Source: Candidatus Methylomirabilia bacterium
GTDB taxonomy: Bacteria > Methylomirabilota > Methylomirabilia > Rokubacteriales > CSP1-6
DNA: 42,359 nt
Reading direction: 5' to 3'
Assembly (NCBI GenBank): GCA_041496385.1
Contig: JBGQEL010000030.1
Location: 1-42,359, forward strand
In this document: positions 9,036-18,817 of the stretch, in pieces
Numbering within the stretch: position 1 is the stretch's first letter
Layout: every line of letters starts with the position of its first letter
Made by a program: the position numbers and the translations under genes
The notes under the pieces: generated by a model
Database searches by the model: none
Seen by the model: only the letters and a program-made list of their open reading frames with translations
Told to the model about the DNA's origin: nothing

Positions 9036-10104
9036 AAGACTTCGATCTCGCCCCGAGCCGGTTCACCGCCGCGTCGGTCTCCGCCGCGAGGCGCGCGACG
9101 AGGCTCGCGGCCGATTGGCGGCGCGCGAGGCGCAGACCCTGGCCGGCCCAGAGCGAGAGAAATTCCGCCCGCCCCTGCTTGGCGGCCGCGTTCCGCAGCG
9201 GCCGCGTCAGCGCGTTCTGGAGCGGGAACGGCAGGATCGCGTCCGGCGGCGCGGCGCGCTCCACCTCCGTCATGAAGCGGTTGACAATGCCGCGCGCCCA
9301 GCGCCCGGAAAACGCGCGCGTGAGCCGCGTCTCGTGCTCGCGCGCGCGGAGGATCGCCTGCTTGTACGCCTCGGGGATTCCCGCCTCGTCGCAGGTCAGG
9401 AAGGCCGTGCCCATCTGCACGGCGCTCGCGCCGAGGGCGAGCGCGGCCGCGATGCCGCGGCCGTCCATGATGCCACCCGACGCGACGACGGGGACCGTCA
9501 CGGCGTCCACGACCTGCGGCACCAGGGCGATCGTCCCCACCAGTCCGGAATCGAGCTCGCCGGCGAACGTGCCGCGGTGGCCGCCGGCCTCGCTCCCCTG
9601 CGCCACGACGGCGTCGACGCCCGCCTTCGCGAGCGCTAGCGCCTCCTCGACGCTCGTCGCGGTGCCCAGAAGGAACATGCCGCGGCCCTTGATGGCCTCG
9701 ATCGCGGGCGCGGGCATGAGACCGAAGGTGAAGCTGAAGAAGGAGGCGCCGCTCTCGAGCGCCGCCGAGAGCTGCGCGCCGAAGGTATCGCCCGCCGGCA
9801 CGGGTGCGGTCGGCGCCGCCAGTCCCAGCTCGGCGAAGAACGGCGCCACGCGTTCCAGCGCGGGGCCCGGGTCCGCCGGGGCGGCGGGAGCGGGGAGCGG
9901 CGCGAAGAGATTGATGCCGAACGGCCGCGCGGTCAGCGCGCGCACCGCGCGGGACGATTCAGCGATCTGCGCCGGCGTCAGGTAGGCCGCGCCGATGAAC
10001 CCCAGCGCGCCCGCCTCGCAGACGGCAGCCACCAGCGCCGGCGTGTCTCCGCCGCCCGCCAGCGGCGCCTGGATGATCGGGTAGGTCAGGTTCAAGCCCT
10101 TCAT
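9034..10104 (-). CDS. Nitronate monooxygenase family protein
   Basis: 'PIIQAPLAGG', 'AQGSEAGGHRGTF', 'VASGGIMDGRG', 'TRAFSGRWARG', 'SLWAGQ'. Confidence 0.92.
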   Translation of the reverse strand: MKGLNLTYPIIQAPLAGGGDTPALVAAVCEAGALGFIGAAYLTPAQIAESSRAVRALTARPFGINLFAPLPAPAAPADPGPALERVAPFFAELGLAAPTAPVPAGDTFGAQLSAALESGASFFSFTFGLMPAPAIEAIKGRGMFLLGTATSVEEALALAKAGVDAVVAQGSEAGGHRGTFAGELDSGLVGTIALVPQVVDAVTVPVVASGGIMDGRGIAAALALGASAVQMGTAFLTCDEAGIPEAYKQAILRAREHETRLTRAFSGRWARGIVNRFMTEVERAAPPDAILPFPLQNALTRPLRNAAAKQGRAEFLSLWAGQGLRLARRQSAASLVARLAAETDAAVNRLGARSKS

Positions 10105-10171
10105 GCGCCCCTCCTCGATGGGAGGCTACCCCCGCGCCGGCAACGTGAGAAACGACTTTAAGTGATGGCGG

Positions 10172-10657
10172 TTATCTCCCGCGCCGATGGAGATGCCCGA
10201 GCCCACCGCGCCACTCGTACAGGGCGTCGGGCTCGCCCTCCTCGTTCCGTGTGCCGTCGTCCAGCGCGACGAGCGTGAACCCACGCTTCTCGTAGAACCC
10301 GCACGCGTTCGTGTTCCGCTGGAAGACGTAGAGCCGCAGGCCGTCCAGGCGCGCGGCCTTCGCGGCCGCCAGCAGGCGGCTCCCGACTCCCCGGCTCTGG
10401 GCGTCGGGGGTCACGTAGAGATGGTCGAGGAACCCCGCCCTCACCGCGGCGAAGCCGACGACCCGGTCCGCGAGGATCGCCACGGTCACGTCGCATTCGA
10501 CGAGGACATGGCCCTCGATCCAGGTTCGCGCCTGCGCGTCCGTGTAGAGCTGGCGCAGGTACGGCATCGCGCGCCGGCGGGATGTGAGCAGGATCTCGGT
10601 GATCGTCTCCGCGTCGGCCTGGGTCGCCGGCCGCAGACGGACCTGAGCCGCGCTCAC
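10172..10657 (-). CDS. GNAT family N-acetyltransferase
   Basis: C-terminal part of track ORF 10172..11605; GTG start overlaps the LysR stop (GTGA); 'LYVTPDAQSRGVGSRLL', 'VFQRNTNACGFYEKRGF', 'NEEGEPD'. Confidence 0.88.
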   Translation of the reverse strand: MSAAQVRLRPATQADAETITEILLTSRRRAMPYLRQLYTDAQARTWIEGHVLVECDVTVAILADRVVGFAAVRAGFLDHLYVTPDAQSRGVGSRLLAAAKAARLDGLRLYVFQRNTNACGFYEKRGFTLVALDDGTRNEEGEPDALYEWRGGLGHLHRRGR

Positions 10658-11523
10658 CGCTGGCCGGCGCCGAGGGCGGTCAGGAACGCGGCGAGGGCGC
10701 TGGAGACGAAGGCGTTCCGGCGGCGGATGAACACGGTGTCCACGCGGGCCTCGGCCGGCGGCAGCTCGTGGATCGCCACGCGGCCCTCGGGCCAGACCGG
10801 GCCGATCAGCCCCTTCGGCAGGAGGGTCACGCCGAGCCCGGCGGCGACGCAGCCGATGATCGCCTCGAGCGTGCCGAACTCGAGCAGACGCGCGCCGACG
10901 ACGCCGCGCCGCGCGAGGATGTCCTCGAGCCGCTGGCGATACGAGCAGCCGGCGCGCAGCACGACGAGCTTGAGATCGCCCTGTTTGACCAGCTCGTCGA
11001 GGCTCCCGACCGCCGGGCTCGTGAAGATCGCCAGCTCCTCGCGGACGACGACCTCCGCCTCCAGCTCGGCGTGATCCACCGGCCCACACACGAAGGCGCC
11101 TTCCAGCCGGTGCTCCAGCACCTCTGTGACCAGCTCGCAGGTCGTGCCGGTCCTGAGCACCAGATCCACGCCGGGGTACTTCGCGACATAGGTGGCGAGC
11201 ACGGGGGAGAGCCGCAGCGCGGCGGTGGTCTCGAGCGAGCCGATCGTCAGCGGTCCCGTGGGCGTGCCGTCGTCCTCGACCGCCCGTCGCGCATCCTCCA
11301 AAAGATGCCGGACGCGCAGGGCGTACGGCAGCAGGCGGCGCCCGGCGTCGGTCAGCGCCACGCCGCGGCTCGAGCGCTCGAAGAGCGGCGCGCGCAGCTC
11401 GTCCTCGAGCAGGCGGATGCGGGCGGTCACGTTCGACTGCACCGTGTGGAGCTCGGCCGCCGCGCGGCTCATCCCGCCCAGCCGCGCGACCGCCTCGAAG
11501 ATCCTGAGATCCGCCGCGTCCAT
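10654..11523 (-). CDS. LysR family transcriptional regulator
   Basis: HTH 'GMSRAAAELHTVQSNVTARIRLLEDELRAPLFER' plus substrate-binding domain. Confidence 0.95.
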   Translation of the reverse strand: MDAADLRIFEAVARLGGMSRAAAELHTVQSNVTARIRLLEDELRAPLFERSSRGVALTDAGRRLLPYALRVRHLLEDARRAVEDDGTPTGPLTIGSLETTAALRLSPVLATYVAKYPGVDLVLRTGTTCELVTEVLEHRLEGAFVCGPVDHAELEAEVVVREELAIFTSPAVGSLDELVKQGDLKLVVLRAGCSYRQRLEDILARRGVVGARLLEFGTLEAIIGCVAAGLGVTLLPKGLIGPVWPEGRVAIHELPPAEARVDTVFIRRRNAFVSSALAAFLTALGAGQR

Positions 11524-11559
11524 CGCCGATCGATACTACGCCCTCGGGCGAGCCGAAGC

Positions 11560-11589
11560 TTGACAGTCGGCGCCCCGGAGGCCGATGAT
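11560..11589 (+). promoter_or_regulatory. Putative promoter of the HD-domain gene (likely leaderless)
   Basis: TTGACA-N18-GATGAT, 6 nt before ATG 11596. Confidence 0.5.
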
Positions 11590-11595
11590 CGGAAC

Positions 11596-12333
11596 ATGAC
11601 GACACTTCAGCGAGCCGAGGCCGCCGAGCACGCGATGAGCGAGGAGCTGGATCGCATCGTGGTGAAATCAGTCATCTACACCTCGGGCGAGCGCGACCCG
11701 AGGCAGCCGGTCCAGCGGCCGCCGGACCAGGGCAAGCTCTACATGATGGGGCACGACCCGCGCCTGGCCCGCATGCCCGACCGGCCGACGCTCTTCGACT
11801 TCTTCAAGTATCGCTTCGGGCCGTCCAATCACCTGCTGCAGAGCGCGCGGCTCGCGCTGAAGAACGGCACCGGCGAGAAAATCGTCCTCGCGTGCCTCCT
11901 GCACGACATCGGCATCGCCGGGTTCATCCGGAGCGACCACGGCTACTGGGGCGCCCAGCTCGTCGAGCCTTACGTGGACGACGAGGTGAGCTGGGCCATC
12001 CGGCACCACCAGGCGCTGCGCTTCTTCGCCGACGAGTCCGTCGGGTATCGCTACCCGGACATGTACGTCAAGCTCTTCGGGCCCGACTACAAGCCCGAGC
12101 CTTACATCGAGCAGGCCTATCGGCAGGCGCGCGAGCACAAGTGGTACATGAGCTCGCGGCTGATCTGCGTGAACGACCTCTACTCGTTCGACCCCAACGT
12201 CCAGGTGCGCCTCGAGGAGTTCATGGACATCGTCGGCCGCCACTTCAAGCAGCCCAAGGAAGGCCTCGGCTTCGACGGCAGCCCGGTGGCCCACATGTGG
12301 CGCACCATGATTTACCCGACGAAGTATCTGTAG
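11596..12333 (+). CDS. HD-domain metalloprotein (MIOX/PhnZ-like motif spacing)
   Basis: 'NHLLQSARLA', 'ACLLHDIG', 'SDHGYWGA', 'IRHHQ', 'VNDLYS'; divergent from LysR; start 11596 (alternative 11635). Confidence 0.75.
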   Translation: MTTLQRAEAAEHAMSEELDRIVVKSVIYTSGERDPRQPVQRPPDQGKLYMMGHDPRLARMPDRPTLFDFFKYRFGPSNHLLQSARLALKNGTGEKIVLACLLHDIGIAGFIRSDHGYWGAQLVEPYVDDEVSWAIRHHQALRFFADESVGYRYPDMYVKLFGPDYKPEPYIEQAYRQAREHKWYMSSRLICVNDLYSFDPNVQVRLEEFMDIVGRHFKQPKEGLGFDGSPVAHMWRTMIYPTKYL

Positions 12334-12370
12334 ACCGAGCCAGGCCGCGTAGCTCTTCTTCGGCTCGACC

Positions 12371-13255
12371 TCAAACGCGCTCGACGTCCGCGCGGCCGAA
12401 CAGGCCGTAGGGGCGCACGAACAGCACCGCGAGCAGCACCAGGTACGACGCGACGTTGCTGAACCCGCCGCCGAGGAGCGGATCGAGATAGCCGGCCGCG
12501 AGACTTTCCAGCACGCCGATCGCGATCGCGCCGACGATGGTGCCGGCGATGCTGTCGAGGCCCCCGATGATGACGATCGGGAACACCCTGAGCCCCACCA
12601 GCACCACGCCGAACCCGCCGCCGGACACGACCGTCCAGAGCGTCCCCGCGAGGACCGACAGAAGGCCCATCAGGACCCACGTGATCGCGAAGTGTCGCTG
12701 GACGTCGATCCCCACGCCCGCCGCGACCTGCTGGTCGTCGGCGATGGCGCGCAGGGCCAGGCCCGTCCGGCTCCGGCGAAAGAACCAGCTCACAGCGGCG
12801 ATCGCGACGACGGCGACCGCGGCGGCGAGCAGCTTGCTGGGCGAGACGGGCACGCCGAGGAAGATCAGCGGGTCCTGCGGGATCGGCAACGGGATCCCGC
12901 CCGGCACCCCGGCGAACGCGAGCGACATCGAGCCGCGCATCACGGCGCCCAGGCCGATGGTGACCATGATCAGCGAGACCAGCGGCTGGCCGACCAGCCG
13001 GCGCAGGACCAGCCAGTTGAAGACCACCGCCGTCGCGACCATGCCGGCGCACCCGACGCCGAGCGCGCCGACCAGCCCGAGCCCGAGCGCGTGGAAGCCC
13101 GATGCGACCAGCCGCGAGGCCAGCATGAGCCACTCGCCGAGAGCAAAGTTGATCATGCGCGAGGCCTTGTAGACGACCACGAAGGCCAGCGCGACCAGCG
13201 CGTAGACCGCGCCCGCCAGCGCCCCGTCGACGACCAGCGCGAGCGGGAAGACCAT
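12371..13255 (-). CDS. Orphan branched-chain amino acid ABC permease (LivH-type)
   Basis: 'GAVYALVALAFVVVYKASRMINFALGE', 'IIGGLDSIAG'. Confidence 0.88.
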   Translation of the reverse strand: MVFPLALVVDGALAGAVYALVALAFVVVYKASRMINFALGEWLMLASRLVASGFHALGLGLVGALGVGCAGMVATAVVFNWLVLRRLVGQPLVSLIMVTIGLGAVMRGSMSLAFAGVPGGIPLPIPQDPLIFLGVPVSPSKLLAAAVAVVAIAAVSWFFRRSRTGLALRAIADDQQVAAGVGIDVQRHFAITWVLMGLLSVLAGTLWTVVSGGGFGVVLVGLRVFPIVIIGGLDSIAGTIVGAIAIGVLESLAAGYLDPLLGGGFSNVASYLVLLAVLFVRPYGLFGRADVERV

Positions 13256-13267
13256 GCGCCGCGCGCG

Positions 13268-14320
13268 CTAGAGCAACGCCGCGATCGTCTCCGCGGCCTC
13301 GGTGGTGCCCGCCTTGCCGCCGAGGTCGCGCGTGAGCGTCCGGCCCTCCTCCACCACGCGCTCGATCGCGCCCACGACGGCGCGCGCCGCCTCCGCGTGG
13401 CCCAGGTGCTCGAGCATCATCGCGCCCGTCCAGATCTGCGCGATCGGGTTCGCGACGCCCTTGCCCGCGATGTCCGGCGCCGAGCCGTGGACGGGCTCGA
13501 ACATGGACGGGTATTCCTTCTCGGGATTGATGTTGGCGCCCGGGGCCAGCCCGATGGAGCCCGCGATGGCGGGTCCGAGATCCGACAGGATGTCGCCGAA
13601 GAGGTTCGAGCCGACGACGACGTCGAACCAGTCCGGGTGCTGGACGAAGTGGGCGGTCAGGATGTCGATGTGGTACTGCGCCGTCTTCACGCCCGGGTAG
13701 TTCTTCGCCATGGCCGCGAAGCGCTCGTCCCAGAACGGCATGCTGTGGATGATGCCGTTGGACTTGGTGGCCGAGGTCACGTGCCCGCGCCGCTTGAGGG
13801 CCTGCTCGAACGCGTAGCGCATCACGCGGTCGCAGCCCTTGCGCGTGAAGATCGCCTGCTGGACGGCCATCTCCTCGGGCGCGCCCTTGTAGAGCCGGCC
13901 GCCGATCTCCGAGTACTCGCCCTCGTTGTTCTCGCGCACGATCAGCATGTCGATGTCCGCCGGTCCGCGGCCGGCCAGCGGCGACTTGGCGCCCTTGAGC
14001 AGGCGCACGGGGCGCAGGTTGATGTACTGATGGAACCCGCGGCGGATCGGGATCAGGAGCCCCCAGAGCGACACGTGATCGGGCACGCCGGGAAAGCCGA
14101 CGGCGCCCAGGAAGATCGACTCGAACCGCCGGAGTTGGTCGAGGCCGTCTTCCGGCATCATGCTGCCGGTCTTCGTGTAGCGCTCGCACGACCAGTCGAA
14201 CGTCGTCCACTCGAAGTCGAAGCCGAAGCGCTTGCCCGCGACATCCAGCACCCGCGCGGCCGCCGGCACGACCTCCTTGCCGATGCCGTCCCCGGGAATG
14301 AGCGCGATCCTGTGCGTCAT
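13268..14320 (-). CDS. Tartrate dehydrogenase / D-malate dehydrogenase (decarboxylating)
   Basis: 'IPGDGIGKEV', 'VPDHVSLWGLLIPIRR', 'TSATKSNGI', 'SNLFGDILSDL', 'FEPVHGSAPDIAG'. Confidence 0.92.
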   Translation of the reverse strand: MTHRIALIPGDGIGKEVVPAAARVLDVAGKRFGFDFEWTTFDWSCERYTKTGSMMPEDGLDQLRRFESIFLGAVGFPGVPDHVSLWGLLIPIRRGFHQYINLRPVRLLKGAKSPLAGRGPADIDMLIVRENNEGEYSEIGGRLYKGAPEEMAVQQAIFTRKGCDRVMRYAFEQALKRRGHVTSATKSNGIIHSMPFWDERFAAMAKNYPGVKTAQYHIDILTAHFVQHPDWFDVVVGSNLFGDILSDLGPAIAGSIGLAPGANINPEKEYPSMFEPVHGSAPDIAGKGVANPIAQIWTGAMMLEHLGHAEAARAVVGAIERVVEEGRTLTRDLGGKAGTTEAAETIAALL

Positions 14321-14370
14321 GACGTCCTCCTTGCCCGGAAGGATACTTCCATGTACTGGTAGTCGGCAGC

Positions 14371-14985
14371 ATGAAAGCGCAGCGGCACCTGGCGCGCGAC
14401 CCCGTCATGCGCAAGCTCATCCGGCGTCACGGCCCGTACGTCCTGACGCCCCATCGCCTCTCCCCCTACGAGACGCTGTTGCGCGCCATCGCTCACCAGC
14501 AGCTCAACGGCCGCGCCGCCGAGACCATCCTGGGCCGCTTCGTCGCGCTCTTCTCGACCGGGCGGTTCCCCGCCCCGGCGGCGGTCCTGGCCGCGCGGAC
14601 CTCCAGGCTCCGCCGCGCCGGCTTCTCGCGCGGCAAGGTCCGCGCCCTCAAGGACATCGCCCGCCACGCCGTCAAGGGCGTCGTGCCCACGCGCCGCGCG
14701 TGCCGGCGGCTCGGCGACGAGGAGCTCATCGAGCGGCTGACGCAGATCCACGGCGTGGGCCGGTGGACCGTGGAGATGCTGCTCATCTTCGCGCTCGGGC
14801 GTCCCGACGTCCTGCCCGTGGACGACTTCGGCGTGCGCGAGGGCTTCCGCGTCGCCTACGGCCGTCGCGCGCAGCCCACGCCACGCGCGCTACGCGCGTA
14901 CGGCGAGCGCTGGGCGCCCTATCGCTCGGTCGCGGCCTGGTATCTCTGGCGCGCGGCGAACGAGGCGCGTCAGGCGAGGGAGTAG
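14371..14985 (+). CDS. alkA: DNA-3-methyladenine glycosylase II family (AlkA-like, HhH-GPD)
   Basis: 'AIAHQQLNGRAA', HhH 'IHGVGRWTVEMLLIF', 'VLPVDDFGVR', 'WAPYRSVAAWYLW'. Confidence 0.88.
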   Translation: MKAQRHLARDPVMRKLIRRHGPYVLTPHRLSPYETLLRAIAHQQLNGRAAETILGRFVALFSTGRFPAPAAVLAARTSRLRRAGFSRGKVRALKDIARHAVKGVVPTRRACRRLGDEELIERLTQIHGVGRWTVEMLLIFALGRPDVLPVDDFGVREGFRVAYGRRAQPTPRALRAYGERWAPYRSVAAWYLWRAANEARQARE

Positions 14986-16121
14986 AGGCGCGCGCAGTTA
15001 TCCCAGAGGATCTTGGCCTTGGACTTCTCGCCGACACCCTCGAGTGCGACGAACTCTTCGATGGCCGTAGGAAACAGCCCGTCCGAGTGCGGATAGTCGG
15101 TCGAGACGACGATGTTATCGTCGCCGATGGCCTCGATCACCTGCCGGAGCGGCTTCTCGTCGGCGTCGGTCGCGACCCAGCACTGGCGGAAGAAGTACTC
15201 GCTCGGCAGCTTCGCGATCTGGACCTCCGAGCCCGGCCCGAACTTCTCCCACGCCTCGTCGAGCCGCCAGAGCCACCACGGCAGCCACCCGCACGTGCCC
15301 TCCAGGAAGGCGCAGCGCAGGCGCGGGTGGCGCTCGAGGACGCCGCCCGCGGCCATGCTGCCGAAGGCCATCATCAGCTCGACCGGGTTCCGCCCGGCCA
15401 CGCCGATGACGCGGCCGTTCGGCGTGTCCAGGTAGCGCCGGGCGAGATCGTCCTTCAGCGAGGACTGTCCGGTCGGGTGGAAGCCGAGCGGGACGCCCAG
15501 CTCCTCGATCGCGTCCCATAGCGGCTCGAACGCCGGCTCGTGCACGTGGCGGCCGTTGATCGGGTTCGGGTTGCCGATGACCGCCACCGCGCCCAGCTCG
15601 CGCACCGCGCGCCGGGCCTCGCGCACCGCCGACGCCGCGTCGTGGAACGCGACCTGGGCGGCGAACTTCAGGCGCCGGGGATCGCGCGCGCAGAAATCGC
15701 GCGTCCAGTCGTTGTGCGCGCGCGCGAGCGCCGCGGCCACCTGCGGGTCGAGGTCGTCGTGCATGAGGACCTGGCGGCCGCGCGTCCCGTAGAGGACCGC
15801 GACGTCGATGCCCTCGATGTCCATCGCCTGGAGGTGGGTCTCCGCGTCGTAGCCGCGCGCGTGCGCCGCCGCGTAGTGGGGGTGCCGGGCGAAGGCGCGC
15901 TCGTGGAGGTCCTTGCCGACGACCGCCGTGTGCGCGCGCTTGGACATCTCCCCCAGCTCGAGCTCGCCGATCTTGATCACGGGCTGGTTGGGCGCGTTCT
16001 CTGCCCGCCGGGCGAACCGTGGCGCGAACTTGCGGAACGGCTCGTCCAGATACTTCTCCCACAGACCATCCGGCTCCATCGTGTGCAGGTCGCTATCCAT
16101 CACCTTGAACCCGTTCTTCAT
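14970..16121 (-). CDS. Amidohydrolase family 2 protein
   Basis: 'VMDSDLHTMEP', 'LERHPRLRCAFLEGTCGWLP', 'VSTDYPHSD'. Confidence 0.9.
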   Translation of the reverse strand: MKNGFKVMDSDLHTMEPDGLWEKYLDEPFRKFAPRFARRAENAPNQPVIKIGELELGEMSKRAHTAVVGKDLHERAFARHPHYAAAHARGYDAETHLQAMDIEGIDVAVLYGTRGRQVLMHDDLDPQVAAALARAHNDWTRDFCARDPRRLKFAAQVAFHDAASAVREARRAVRELGAVAVIGNPNPINGRHVHEPAFEPLWDAIEELGVPLGFHPTGQSSLKDDLARRYLDTPNGRVIGVAGRNPVELMMAFGSMAAGGVLERHPRLRCAFLEGTCGWLPWWLWRLDEAWEKFGPGSEVQIAKLPSEYFFRQCWVATDADEKPLRQVIEAIGDDNIVVSTDYPHSDGLFPTAIEEFVALEGVGEKSKAKILWDNCARLYSLA

Positions 16122-16190
16122 GCGCCCCTCCCATCCCGCTGGCAGGCTTCTCGGCCGGAAGCATACTACGCGAAGCGCGGGCCCGCGTCC

Positions 16191-18164
16191 TCAGGGCAGC
16201 GAGAAGGCCACGATGTGATCGCCCATCTTCGTCCGCATCTTGGCGTGGCCGCCGGCGGCGACGACGACGAGCTGCCGCCCGCCCGGGCCGAGCTGGAAGG
16301 ACATCGGCGTGGCCTGGGCGCTGGCCGGTAGCTCCGCGCTCCATAGCTCCTTTCCCGTCTCGACGTCAAACGCGCGAAGCCTCGGATCGCGTGCCGCCGC
16401 GATGAACACCAGGCCTCCCGCGGTGGTCAGCGAGCCGCCCAGGTTGTTCGTCCCCCAGCCCGCCGCCTCCGGCCGCGCGGCGAGCCCGGGCGCCGCACCG
16501 AGCGGGACCTCCCAGCGCACGTCGCCGCTCGCGAGGTCCACCGCGGCCAGCGTGCCCCACGGCGGCGGATTGCAGGGCAGGCCGGACGGCGAGATCAGGA
16601 TGTCCCGGTACATTCCGTAGCCAGTGCCGAACTGCGGCGCAAACTCTCCCCGCGCCCCGCGAATGGTCCCGACGAGCCAGGCCCACAGGAACGGGAGCCG
16701 CGGCGTGAGCGTGACCACGAAGGCGCGGCGGTTGGTGTTGACGATGATCAGTCCACGCGCTGGATCATGCGACAGGCTCCCCCAGTGCATGCCGCCGGTG
16801 AAGCCCGGGAAGACGACGGTGCCCTCGAGGCTCGGCGGCGTGAAGATGCCCTCCGACCGCAGCGTCGCGAGGCGAGCGCGACACGCCTCGCGGTCGGCGG
16901 GCGTCGGGCCCCAGGCGTCGTCCGGCGTCAGGCGCTGCGGCGCGAGCGCGCGCGGCCGCACGGGGAAGGGCTGCGTCGGCCACGCCTCCTCGCCCGGCAT
17001 CGTGCTCTTCGGCACCGGGCGCTCCTCGACGGGAAAGAGCGGCACTCCGGTGAGCCGGTCCAGGACGAACAGGTGGCCCATCTTGGTGGCCACCGCCACG
17101 GCCGGCACCGCCTTGCCCCCGCGGGTGAGCGTCACGAGCGTCGGCTGCGCCGGGACGTCGTAGTCCCAGAGGTCGTGGTGGACGACCTGGAAGTGCCACA
17201 CGACCTGGCCGGTCTCGGCGCGCAGCGCGACGACCGAGTTGGCGTAGACGTTCGCGCCGAGGCGCTTGCCGCCGTAGAAATCCGGACTCGGGCTGCTCGT
17301 GGGAACGAAGACCAGCCCGCGCCCGGGATCCGCCGAGATGGGTGCCCAGGCGTTGGCGGCGCCGGTGCGGCGCCAGCTCTCGTCCCGCCAGGTCGCGCGC
17401 GCCGGATCGGCGGTGTCGATCGGGATCGGATCCCAGCTCCACCGGAGCGCGCCGGTCCGGGCGTCGAACGCGCGGACGACGCCCCGCTCCACGTCGGCGA
17501 GCCAGTTGTCGCCGATGGAGGAGCCGACCACGACGAGCGAGCCCACGATGGCCGGTGGCGAGGTCACCCCGTACAGCCAGCGCCCGAGGAACGTCTTCCG
17601 AAGACTTTCACGCAGCTCGATCTGGCCCTTGTGGCCGAAGTCCTCGCACGGCACGCCGCGGGCCGCGTCGAGCGCGATCAGGCGGGCGTCGATCGTGGCC
17701 ACGAAGATGCGACGGCGGCACGCCTGCCCGGCCAGGCGGGTCGGATCGAGCCAGGTGGAGACGCCACGCGAGGTGACCTCGGAGAAGACCCGCGAGCGGT
17801 CCACGCCGGGATCGTAGACCCAGCGCTCCTTCCCCGTCGCGGCATCGAGCGCGATCACCCGGTTGAACGGCGTGCTGAGAAACAGCGTGTCGTCGACGAC
17901 GATGGGCGTGGCCTCGAGCGCCGCCTTCTCGCGCGCCCGGCTCGTGTCGCCGGCCTCGCCGGTCCGGTAGATCCAGGCGACTCTGAGTCGCTGGACGTTG
18001 CCACGCGCGATCTGGACGAGGGGCGAGTAGCGCGTGCCGCCGGCGTCGTTGCCGTAGGCGGGCCAGTCGCCTCGAAACGCTTCCTCGCCCCGGAGCGGCG
18101 CCGGCCTCCCGAGCAGGAGCGCGACGAGAGCGACCACCGTGGCCCGCGCGATCGAAGCGCGCAT
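16191..18164 (-). CDS. PQQ-dependent dehydrogenase, glucose/quinate/shikimate family
   Basis: Signal peptide from ATG 18164; 'DWPAYGNDAGGTRYSPLVQI', 'VHHDLWDYDVPAQP', 'PCNPPPWGTL', Trp-docking repeats. Confidence 0.92.
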   Translation of the reverse strand: MRASIARATVVALVALLLGRPAPLRGEEAFRGDWPAYGNDAGGTRYSPLVQIARGNVQRLRVAWIYRTGEAGDTSRAREKAALEATPIVVDDTLFLSTPFNRVIALDAATGKERWVYDPGVDRSRVFSEVTSRGVSTWLDPTRLAGQACRRRIFVATIDARLIALDAARGVPCEDFGHKGQIELRESLRKTFLGRWLYGVTSPPAIVGSLVVVGSSIGDNWLADVERGVVRAFDARTGALRWSWDPIPIDTADPARATWRDESWRRTGAANAWAPISADPGRGLVFVPTSSPSPDFYGGKRLGANVYANSVVALRAETGQVVWHFQVVHHDLWDYDVPAQPTLVTLTRGGKAVPAVAVATKMGHLFVLDRLTGVPLFPVEERPVPKSTMPGEEAWPTQPFPVRPRALAPQRLTPDDAWGPTPADREACRARLATLRSEGIFTPPSLEGTVVFPGFTGGMHWGSLSHDPARGLIIVNTNRRAFVVTLTPRLPFLWAWLVGTIRGARGEFAPQFGTGYGMYRDILISPSGLPCNPPPWGTLAAVDLASGDVRWEVPLGAAPGLAARPEAAGWGTNNLGGSLTTAGGLVFIAAARDPRLRAFDVETGKELWSAELPASAQATPMSFQLGPGGRQLVVVAAGGHAKMRTKMGDHIVAFSLP

Positions 18165-18169
18165 CGGAC

Positions 18170-18784
18170 TCAGAACGCCGGGCCCCAGCGGTCGGCGAAT
18201 GCGACCTCGCGCAGCGGGCGCCGCGGCGGGCGTCCGAACTTCCCGAGCGGGTAGCCCAGCGGGATCAGGGCGGCGGTCTCGACCTCGGCCGGAATGCCGA
18301 GCAGCTCCTTCACCTGCGCGTCGCGGAACTTGTGGATGGTCGTGATGCAGCTCCCGATGTCGAGGGCGCGTGCCGCCAGCATGATGTTCTGGACGGCCGG
18401 ATAGATCGAGGCGCCCGTGGTCAGCGTCGCCTGGCCGTCCGGCGTGATGCACGCCAGGACGAGCACGGGCGCCTCACCGAGATGCTCGGAGAGGTGCCGT
18501 GCCGAGGCCAGCATCTTGCCCGCCGGGCTGTCGGGCGGCTCCTTCGCCGCGCCGGCGTAGTACGGTACTTTCATCAGCTCGCCCCACGCCTCGCGGTAGA
18601 GCTCGCCGAGCCGCTTCCGCTTGGCCGCGTCGCGGACGACGACGAAGCTCCAGCCCTGGCGGTTGCCCCCGCTCGGCGCACAGATGGCCGCGTCCATGAT
18701 CTGCCGGAGCACGGCCTCGGAGATCGGGTCGGGCCTGAGGCGTCGGATGGCTCGCTGCGTGGTGACGACGTCGAAGAAGTCCAT
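18170..18784 (-). CDS. Nitroreductase family protein
   Basis: 'TQRAIRRL', 'APSGGNRQGWSF', 'AVQNIMLAARALDIG'; GGGAGGG RBS before ATG 18784. Confidence 0.9.
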   Translation of the reverse strand: MDFFDVVTTQRAIRRLRPDPISEAVLRQIMDAAICAPSGGNRQGWSFVVVRDAAKRKRLGELYREAWGELMKVPYYAGAAKEPPDSPAGKMLASARHLSEHLGEAPVLVLACITPDGQATLTTGASIYPAVQNIMLAARALDIGSCITTIHKFRDAQVKELLGIPAEVETAALIPLGYPLGKFGRPPRRPLREVAFADRWGPAF

Positions 18785-18817
18785 GGGTCCCTCCCGACCC
18801 AAGAGAATACGCCGGCG

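Noticed and set aside
7547..9985. 812-aa plus-strand ORF
   Set aside because: Antisense shadow of srkA, usp and NMO, typical of high-GC DNA; no motifs
18165..18452. N-terminal extension of the PQQ dehydrogenase ORF to 18452
   Set aside because: Overlaps the nitroreductase; a signal peptide begins at ATG 18164
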